Source: Lytechinus pictus (taxonomy: Eukaryota). From it: a stretch of 64,000 nucleotides of DNA. Every line of letters begins with the position of its first letter. Positions within the stretch are counted from its first letter, which is position 1. The stretch spans positions 22,010,001 to 22,074,000 of the forward strand of contig NC_087255.1 in assembly GCF_037042905.1 (NCBI RefSeq), read 5' to 3'. Positions 54,364 through 64,000 of this stretch are shown here, in pieces. Made by a program: the position numbers and the translations under genes. A model generated the notes under the pieces. That model saw only the letters and a list, made by a program, of their open reading frames with translations, had not been told where the DNA came from and did not search any database.

Positions 54364-57300
54364 GGGTGTGTGTGTGGCGTATGTGCGTGTGTGCGTCGAG
54401 CTTCTGTTTAAATGTAAGTTATAAAAAAAAACTCAATGCAATATGAGAACCATTTTTTCCTAAAGTTAATTCAAATAAAACCATTCGTTTACCAGATGGA
54501 ATAAGTTCACAGACTTTTAACACGATCACAACTTTATATTTGAAATTTCGTCAAACAACAATTTTGATCGCACGAATCATGTTCTATCGATAGTTAAACG
54601 CCTTTGAACGATAACATTTGGTTGGAATACAGATTTTAGTAATTAAGAAATGCGCAATTCTAGTTTCAACAAACTACTTGCTTATACAAACAATAATTCA
54701 TTTTCCATAGATTTTTGCCATTTCCTTGATTTTGGTGCTCAAAAAGGGGGTGTTTTTTGTTTAATAAGAATTATATTCATTAAACCTATTGATTGTGATT
54801 GGTCATCCTGTGACACTGGATAGACTTTCACCAGTATTCTGGTTATTTAGCAGTTAATTTGTCCAACTTTAGCAATTTATGCATAAATCTAAATTAATAT
54901 TACTAGTCTGAACAGAGTTATTGAAATCGTTCGACATTGTAGTTGCGATCATGATATAAGCTGTTTGGACTAAGATAACCCTGCTAGAAAGAACACATCA
55001 GTGTCATACATTGTGATCACAGTGTGTTCACATAGTTGACTATGTGAAAATATTATTCCCACTGTTTAAATGCTCAAATACAACATTGTAAAGGTAATGT
55101 TCACACGGTGGACACCTCGACAGTGTAACTGTTCACAGCGTGTTTACATGGTCTACTGTGTGGATATGTGATTTACACAGTTGGAATGTAGTTCAAATTT
55201 AACAGTGTGAAGGTGATTTCACATTGTGTTCCACACTGTGAACACACTGTGGGACACTGTGGTCTCTCCAGTAGCCTTAGGGAAGATTATATTCCTTTTA
55301 CATACATAGGAAAGATGCCACTTACTCCGGTAAAGAGTTCCGTTTGGCGAGATGCTATATAGACCTGTACCTCGTCACCAAAACTCGTCACCCTTCTGAA
55401 CTCTTGACTGACCTCTCGATTTTGACATTTCTTTCATTTTCAGGAACATGTTTCCAGAGAACATCGTTGAGGCATGCTTTAGAACGGTAATTATAGAATC
55501 TTTATGACATTATTCACTCAATCATGGAGACCTGGACCTGACGTCGCGCTGATTGGACCTAACCAAGCTTTCCAAAGACGGCCAGAAGGAAACTGGATGA
55601 ACAATTTTTTTTCATCTATTCATATTTTCTATACCCCAAGAAACATGACATGTCTACCAATGACGTGATTTATTGATTGATTTACTGATTGACTGGTGGA
55701 TTGATCGATTGACTGGATGATTGATGGATTGGTTGATTGATTGATTGATTGATTTGTTGGTTGGTTGATTGATTGACTGACTGATTGATTGATTATTGAT
55801 TGATTACAAAATTATGGAGAGATGGTTATTTCGTTGTTTCGCATAAGTGAAGTAATGAAGGAATAACTGATTATTTGCTTTATTTATCTGTTATTCGTTT
55901 CTTCGATTGAAAGGATGAATTGGAGAATGGACAATTGAAGATTGAATGCGCGTTTTGTCCTAAATATTTCAAACATCAGAACGCGAAGACTTAGTATAGC
56001 TTCACTCAGAGTGACGACCATAAATATTTCTCTGAAATATAATATTCTGAAGGTCAAATGTTTCAATATGTTATCATAGCCCAATAAATTATAAGATTGG
56101 GCGATTGAAACTGTCAAGAAGGTTTTATCGATTTATTGCAAGTTTTTGTAGATATATTGAGACTAAACCTTCAATTCTTTAACTAATCGGATTGCGTCGT
56201 TGTATCTTCATTCAGTTTAAAACAGCGGGCATCAAGACAGTGGTGCCAGTTCCTTCTCTGACCACTGGGGATTTCTTCAACCTAACCTTGATGTCAGGAC
56301 TGACCATCCACCAATCAATGGGCTTCATCAACGGAACCTTACAGACCATCGGGCAGAAGACCATGGATTTCAGGTCAATGGCGCTTGACGCCCAAACCGT
56401 CGCTGATGACATGGACATGTTCCTACAGGATATGGACAGTACCTACATATTCTTGATGGAAGCAATAAACGAAGCCAAAGACAACAATCCTGCATGGGAC
56501 ACGACTACAGCGAATGATCTTCTTGCAGATTTCTTGAACCATATAGAAGATCTAAGAGCCGTTGTGGATGGCCTTCCATCGACGGGACAGCTGGATGAAA
56601 TGGACATGACACAGCTGGGTAACATGACCGGGATGGTACTGTGGGCAGCGGGTGAAACGGTAACGGACTTGTTATCAAGTCTAAAGACGCTTGATAATGT
56701 AGATATACCCACCTTAAACGCAACGTCCCATGCTCTTCACTTGATCATTTCTTCCATGAATGATGTAGTGTACATGGTCGAACCGCTTCATCTAAGTTCG
56801 CTTATCCATACAACAAACACAGATGTTGTAAGTTTGGTTGATATCATCGCGATGTTCCAACCTGATGACATAGAACTCACCAGAAAGGTTCACATCATGA
56901 ATGTCAACTTGATCAACCTTGTCCTAGCCACGATGCAGGACCTTCAGGGCAGTGACCGCCTTGAGCTCACCCACGTCTCCCAATCCATGCAGAAACTGTC
57001 CACCAACCTGGTCTACCTGATGGACATGACCGAAGACGTGTATACCTTGGACTTCCTCAACCAGATCAGCACACTCCTGCATGACATGAGTGGCGCCATC
57101 AAGCACATGTCCATGGTACTATACTCGCCACGTACGCTCAAGATGGACTCGCTTCTGCAGCTCAACCAGATCATCGCGCAGATGAATGAGGTAGTGAACA
57201 CCATGTCTGCAGTTCTAGAAGAGAGTACGGATTACACCATCTGGTACAGAGGAAACACCACCGAGATTGTCGAGACTGTCTGGGAAGGAACCTACGTCTA

Positions 57301-60300
57301 CAGTATGAATATCCTTGGGCTCGTTGTCTTCTCCATCGCCTTCGGGGTCGTCGTTGGTCGCATGGGTGACGATGGAAAAGTTGTCATCAGCTTCTTTTCT
57401 GCTACCAATGATGCCATCATGAAACTGGTCATGATCATTATGTGGTAAGAAATTGTGAGATTTTTCACTTTTAAGTACGGCAATGTCCTTATTTCATAAA
57501 TTCATTTTTATAGATCAGATTTCTCATTTTACCCTCAACTCTTTTACCTGTTGTGACTTGCGTTTAGAAACATACACTCTGATATGATCTTACTTCTGTT
57601 TTGTCGCATCTTTTTCAAATAAATAGTTGATACCTATTTCAATGCCTGAATGTTCACATTGTCCTGTCCCTATAATCTTGATAATTTCTGGGCCTTCAAA
57701 ATCAAAAGATAAGTCATTATTCACACTATGTTATTACTGTTAGCACGATCACTCGATCACTGGGGCAACGGACAGAACCGGTCAGTGACGGTTCGATGGC
57801 CATCCTTACAAAAATGGAGAATAGCTTTCTTCCGGGCTACTAATATCTAACGGATATTACGATTAACTACGTTTGTATTACGACAGTGCTGCGGTCCCTT
57901 AACCACCATTTAGGACTTTTCGCACATTTAGACTCATTTAATGACAAAGTTCGACCAAGAAGTATTTGTATAGAGATATGTTTAATCAAAACAGCAGATT
58001 AGTCCCCGACTATGGTCAAACGACATATACAATTTTTCGTCAGCTCCCAAACTTAGGACGAAACTGCTCCTTCGGTTCACCAATTCTCGACAAAAACATC
58101 CCAGCCATTCTTTGGCATTTGATGGGCATTTTCAATACATTTAATGTCTTCTTGAACCCCCGGAGTGAAAACTCCCAAAGGACAGTCGATCATGACTATA
58201 TTTTATTTTTCCGCTACTATAGAATGAAAATAGGCCTGTATAATCTACTGATATTTCCTCTTTTCCTCATTACTATCATGACCATAACTATACCTATTCT
58301 CTCTCAGGTATGCTCCTATCGGTATCCTCTTCCTCATCACCGGAAGCATGGTCGGGGTGGAAGACTGGGCCGAGATCTTCACTCAGCTAGGTCTTTACAT
58401 GGCTACAGTACTATCTGGACTCGCTATCCACGGAATCATCATCCTACCTCTTCTTTACTTTGCCGTCGTCAGGAAAAACCCGTATAAGTTCCTCAGTGGG
58501 GTCACCCAAGCTCTCTTTACAGCACTAGGGACATCGTCAAGGTAAGCTAGTCCTACTCATGATTTCATTCTCATATTGATTATGTACCGTCGCATTTGTA
58601 TGTACCCCCACTTTCCATATATATATTGTCCCATTTACACGATGCATTACACATATTACACACATGTAAAGAAGTGGGTTTTTATTGATATGATTTGAGA
58701 TTTTTTCATCAGGTAAAATAATGCATTAACATGTCGAGAATAATATTTTTCTGACAAACTTTATCATGACTCGAATCAAAACAGGACCACATGACCGGCT
58801 TGGTTGGGGAGAGCTATTGATAGAGACATAAAAACGATGCCAGACATGCTGCATCACTTATGTCACCCTTTATAAGACTATACCTGAACTGCTAGATAAA
58901 GATTTAAGATGCATTCCGTGATAGAATTAACGATGATTTATAATGAATATATTTTTCTGTCGTCTATAGTTCGGCAACCCTACCAGTAACAACCCGATGC
59001 TTAGAGGAAGGCCTCGGGGTAGATCCCCGTGTTGTTAGGTTTGTTCTTCCGGTCGGTGCGACGATCAACATGGACGGCACAGCTCTTTACGAAGCAGTAG
59101 CAGCCATCTTTATTGCCCAAGTAAACAACATTTCACTAAGTTTTGCTGATCTCGTAACAATAAGGTAAGAAAATTGACTTATTTGTTCTTTCATAGTCTT
59201 ATCAAGATGTTCTCGCGCACAATATCTCACTTTTCTTTAATTTTTATTGATTTGTACATGTCCACCTATTATTCTATTCCTTTTACAATTAAATGACTCT
59301 GTAAGCAATATTTTATTTATGTATAAACTTTGGTTTATACTACTTATACTATTTATGTGAATATAGTAGGAGTATGTTGCACTGTACAAGCTCCGCTTTT
59401 TATCAGCCTCTTCTATTCCCAACCCGTTTATTATGATTATCTTGATTATAATGTAGCCTACATATACATTTTTTTTTGTTTTATTGCTTAAATAAATATC
59501 AAGTTATATGGAACAAAACATATTGTAAATGTTGGAAATGGAAATGAATGAAATAAAAATAAATTGTACGAAAAATCATACTTCATTTCTAGAAAGGAAT
59601 GTATTTTGGCGTATTTCGAACCATTAGATAATAACATTGTGCTCATTGTCAATCTGTGTAACCCTGTCAAGGTCCGACATACAACCAGCCCATGAAATCG
59701 AATAATGCCATCCACCCTTGCTATTTTTTTATTATTTTTTTGCTGATTGTTGCAAGCAAAATTACGTTAGAATATTTTAGATTCTGCGCAACAGTTAAAA
59801 AAACAGTTATTGCTTACATAAATATCAAGTTATATGGAACAAAACATATTGTAAATGTTGGAAATGGAAATGAATGAAATGAAATGAATTGTACGAAAAA
59901 TCGTACTTCATTTCTAGAAAAGAGTGTATTTTGGCGTATTTCGAACCATTAGATAATAACATTGTGCTCATTGTCAATCTGAGTAACCCTGTCAAGGTCC
60001 GACATACAACCAGCCCATGAAATCGAATAATGCCATCCACCCTTGCTATTTTTTTGCTGATTGTTGCAAGCAAAATTACGTTAGAATATTTTAGATTCTG
60101 CGCAACAGTTAAAAAAATACTGCCACTTTATCCAATCATTTTAACAAAAATATTGTCTCTCTCTCTCCTCTTTCGTTTTATTCTGACATGTCCTAGAACA
60201 AAACAGGGCATACGATAGGGCGATAATTATTTGCAATATAAATAATCGATCACTCTAACTATTCATGCTATTACTTCGATCCTAAAATTCTGATTGTGCC

Positions 60301-61361
60301 TTTTTCGCCAGGTCCGCTTTACAACATGATATAGTATTTTATATCTATCTTTTGATTTAATTTTAACTACGGCTTTAAACATGATAAAAAACAGTTTTAT
60401 TTCAATATTGCGACTTCGGGTTAATTTAAACTTTACAAAATAAGAAAACGTTATATTTTCTTTCTTCATTTTAGTTTAACTGCGACTTTCGCGAGCATCG
60501 GAGCAGCAGGTATTCCCCAAGCCGGACTCGTCACCCTCGTCATCGTCCTAACCGCAGTCGGCCTACCGACAGACGACGTTGCACTCATCCTTGCTGTCGA
60601 TTTCATCCTGTAAATACACACTCATTCATAATCTCTTGGCCCCTCCCCCCCCCCCGTCTTTGGAACAAACTACCTCCATCTCTCCGAAACCTCTCTTCCC
60701 TTGACCTCTTCAAAAAAATCTCAAAACACACTTAAATAACCATAAACCTTAACTTGTCTCATGCCATCAACAGCGCTTTGTATCCTCTGGAAAAAGCGCT
60801 ATATAAATGCAATTATCATGATTATTATTATAATTATAATAATAATAATTATTATTATTATTAATCTATGTTTTACTTGTTTTGCTTATTTAGCGCTTTA
60901 TTTGACACTTTGGAAGTCTTCTTCTTCCTCTTCCTCTTCTTCTTCACAATCTCCTCCTCCTTCGTCTTTTTCGTCTTCGTCTTCTCCTTCTTCTTTTCTT
61001 CATCTTCTTCTTCCTATTCTTCTTCTTCTTCAGTTTTTGATGAATTTAGAATGGCCACGGAGCTGAGCCTCTCGGAAGATCATAACTGCATTATTTTTTC
61101 AACATTTCTTTCATCTATTTTTCTTTATGCTACAGTGATCGATTCCGAACGATGGTCAACGTCGAGGGCGACTCATACGGTGCCGGGATCGTCGCGAAGC
61201 TATCGAAGAAAGACCTCAAGAAAACAGACGAGATGGACGCTCTTGAAAATGCCGAAGTCACATTCAACGGAAAGACAAATAAGGACAGAAAAGACAGCGA
61301 TGTGCATGCCTACACAAACGGTACCTATTCGCATCACGACGAAAGTAATACAGCTCTTTAA
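44410..61361 (+). CDS. SLC1A: SLC1/EAAT-family transporter, paralog B, ~892 aa, with a giant extracellular insertion; exons 44410-45026, 55444-55486, 56216-57444, 58308-58541, 58970-59164, 60475-60609, 61136-61361
   Basis: GT-AG introns. Exons of 43, 234, 195 and 135 nt match paralog A exon lengths exactly (2679 nt total). Motifs: [81 protein letters not shown]. The start Met (44410 vs 44509) is uncertain. Confidence 0.92.
45465..46765 (+). mobile_element. Degenerate CR1/L2-like non-LTR retrotransposon (reverse transcriptase remnant) in intron 1 of paralog B
   Basis: Motifs [54 protein letters not shown] and LFADDT, with frameshifts and stops. Confidence 0.9.
46971..47294. other. Assembly gap (324 N)
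   Basis: Run of n characters. Confidence 1.
48702..48900. mobile_element. Palindromic CACT-ended MITE
   Basis: ACACTCTTAAAAATGTTGGCAACATACTGTCCACACAA is mirrored by TTGTGTGGACAGTATGTTGCCCAACATTTTAAGAGTG; a related element lies at ~21471-21725. Confidence 0.75.
49240..50960. repeat. Composite interspersed repeat: internal direct repeats, a tRNA-like segment and a terminal hairpin (Helentron/HINE-like, tentative)
   Basis: Three partial copies of CCCATAG...GGGCATGATCCC...AGCTACAACAT (~49247, 49699, 49925); tRNA-like sequence on the - strand at 49603-49673; GACCTT motifs; hairpin at 50931-50957. Confidence 0.45.
51891..52440. mobile_element. Non-autonomous Kolobok-like MITE
   Basis: TTAA|AGGACAAGTCCACC...GGTGGAATTAACCT|TTAA; shares GAAAATTTCATC.AAATCGGAT with 38428-39009. 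Confidence 0.8.
52983..53175 (+). repeat. Perfect 96-bp tandem duplication
   Basis: AGCAAATACAGAAATGTGCAC...AAGTTTGAG occurs twice. Confidence 0.9.
54333..54395. repeat. (GT)n microsatellite
   Basis: Direct reading of the sequence. Confidence 0.9.
55667..55805. repeat. Degenerate (GATT)n tetranucleotide repeat
   Basis: Direct reading of the sequence. Confidence 0.85.
59481..60117 (+). repeat. ~325-bp tandem duplication in an intron of paralog B
   Basis: Two near-identical units starting TTATTGCTTA.ATAAATATCAAG at 59481 and ~59808. Confidence 0.9.
60820..61031. repeat. (ATT/AAT)n and (TCT)n simple repeats
   Basis: Direct reading; these explain the poly-I, poly-S and poly-F ORFs in the track. 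Confidence 0.9.
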
Positions 61362-64000
61362 TTCAGACTTTATTCATTCCAAGATAACTGCTATCCTTCT
61401 CTACTGTTGTTGCTGATCAACATTATCAGAGAAGGCCACGCACAATTTATTGGACACATCGCTAGATGATCATTATATTTTTGTGTATCGATAAAGACAC
61501 TTGATTTGCTTATAATCATATGTTATATTGAAATAATGTATGAATATTATAAAACATAAATTTTGGTTCTTGAGTGTGCACAGCAGTTTCATGTTCTCCG
61601 TCAAAGAAATGAGAATTATTATATATTTTTTATTGAAAACATGAATAGAGTCTATGATTGTTCAAACATTGCAATGCAAACACAATGCAGACATAGTCTA
61701 TGTTGCATCAGCTAGATATTTTGCTAGTATTTTCCAAACAATGTACAGTGGATAGCTGCCAGCCAAAAAATGTAATCAATGTAAAAACAATATTTCATGA
61801 GGCTGAATATCCATCATTAGCCTCTTAAAAAAAAATCATTGAATAAAATCAATACCTTCGATATGTCCACTGCAAATTTGAATTAGCAAATAACATAAAT
61901 ATACACTAAAAGTTTGATATTTTGGTTAGTCACTTAACCACAAAGGCATCAATTTTCACCTTTTGTAGCCAACCTGCATAAAAAGATTAAATTTGATTTT
62001 TATTCGGGGGATGGCAATCAAAATGTGCGCTAAATCTATGAATGAGGTCTGTCTTGTATATGTAATTCAGCCCGACAGCCGGAGGAAATCAATTAACAAT
62101 ATATATTTTTCCAAAAGTGAGTTCTAATTTCTTCCATATTTTCGATGCATAGCAGTATTGATGAATAGAATTATTGATCAAATGCCGATTTGAAATTTTC
62201 AATAAATCAACCAATCAATCGATTAATCAATCGATCCATCGACCAATCGAGCAGTATATCAATCTAAATCTAAATATATCAATCGAACAATTCACATTAC
62301 AAAAAGTTTCTAAACGAGATAACATCATTTGCCTGGAAACGATATTATGTATTTCATTTCATTTAAAATGTTTTCAACTATATGATATCGATGTAATTTT
62401 TACATGGCACGGACCAGTATTGACCAGCTGAAATTATGCTTTCTGTCGAAAAGTTTATTGTCTCCAATTATTATAAAGCACGAAATTGTGACTTTATAAA
62501 ACACTGTGCGTCGCATCAACAAACATCGAAGTCACCATATTTACTTAAGCTTTGGGTCTACTGTCCTATCTTGAAACTGGGGCTACTTTACGAGATAAGA
62601 TGACATCGACAATAAATTGACAGTATTAAATTCTGTCCAAGGTTCACCATTGTAATCATGTTAAATTTACTTCTTTACAATGGGTGAGTAATAATAGACA
62701 GTATAATATTATCACACAGTAAACGTGTCATGGGATCTTAATGGCTCCCCTTGTACATTTTGATTGCACTGCAAAAAAAAAAAAAAAAAAACTGTATTTG
62801 CAGTATGATATTTTTTCCACTGCAAAGTGAGAAATATTTATTTTATATAATTACAGATATAATCTGTACAAAAGATACATTGTACAAAAGATACATTGTG
62901 ATTATTGCGGTATTCTACTTTCGAGTTATTAATATTATTATTATTCGTTTTAATACAGTACTTGAGGTTTTATTTGGGAAATAAAATGTTGAAGGAGGGA
63001 TCCGTAGAAGTGGTGACGCGAAATTATATTAAACTCATTTATATTCCAAATTATTGAAGGAGTAAAAATACTTATTTAATTTACCCCCAAAGGTGACAAA
63101 TTTAACCTACATTAAATCTCATTTAAAATCCTTCCATAAACACTTCATATGCTCATTGATTTGTCCGTGTAGTTCTTTCAATTATTATTGCGGGTAAAGG
63201 TACAAAGTAAAAATGTCTGAAAGGGATGAATTTTAAAACATAAAACTACTTCAAATCACTCTGTCTTACAATATTTTTGTAGTTAGGATAAATGGCAACA
63301 AATGTGACAATGTGCCGGTTATCTAACATTTTTTGGTGGATTTTTTTTAATAGATACAATATCATGATCACCTGACCCTGCTACTCGACTTGCCTTTTAA
63401 TTGTTAGTCTCTTATCAAGCATTTATGTCCGATTTTCATTGTGCCCATGTTGGCATATTACAGACCCTTATTGAAACTCGATTGCTTTTCAAACTTGAGT
63501 TAAAGGGGAGTGAACTGTTTGTCATCTCTCATTGACTGTGTGTTATAAAAACATATTCTTAAAATATACGTTTTCAGATATCCATAAGACCAATAATAAA
63601 TTGTATTTGTATAGAAAAACTAAAATGTTTTGATAGGAAAAGCAATTGTTTTGCTACTTGGTAACGTAATTATTGCGGTATAAATATATTGAGTAGTTAA
63701 TTAGCATGTTATCATTCAAGTGGGTCTATATCACTAGACTACACTAGCATAATGGGTCAGGAAACTAGCCAAGTATGAGTAGTTGAGGACTCGAGATGGC
63801 GCTATTTAAACTGTTTGTCAGCAGATGTATAGTGAGTAGTGCGAAAAATAAAAATCAGTTAGCATACACCTCAGTTGATACCTGTTGCAATGACCCTCGA
63901 CGTGCTGTTGGGGGTCCTTCTTATTTTCTTAGGATTATTTTCTCTTTTTTTTCCATCCCCCAAATAAATATATTTCTGTCAAAGAAACTGCAATATCAAC

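Noticed and set aside
60761-61135. Poly-I, poly-S and poly-F ORFs
   Set aside because: Translations of intronic microsatellites.

Overview
AT-rich, repeat-dense animal genomic DNA with spliced genes. The repeat landscape suggests an invertebrate, possibly a sea urchin, but this cannot be confirmed from the sequence. The window holds two complete tandem + strand SLC1/EAAT glutamate-transporter paralogs: gene A (160-37196, 8 coding exons, ~537 aa) and gene B (44410-61361, 7 coding exons, ~892 aa). Gene B carries a ~360-aa, Cys-free, predicted helical extracellular domain in the TM4b-4c loop, while gene A has a short Met/Thr-rich loop at the same place. Both combine the EAAT 'DRxRT' and 'ALYEA' motifs with the ASCT-type 'NVEGD'. 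The last intron of gene A contains a 14.5-kb, apparently intact Kolobok-type DNA transposon (TTAA TSD, AGG...CCT ends). It encodes a 10-exon THAP-DDE transposase and, convergently, a 3-exon protein resembling a stand-alone P2X7 cytoplasmic ballast (Zn/GDP) domain (KolX-like). Also present are several TTAA/AGG non-autonomous elements, a nested foldback element with a ~177-bp head-to-head array, a decayed antisense Ig-domain gene fragment, a degenerate CR1/L2-like LINE, tRNA-derived repeats, many MITEs, microsatellites and a 324-N gap. All exon models were built by hand from GT-AG sites and frame continuity.
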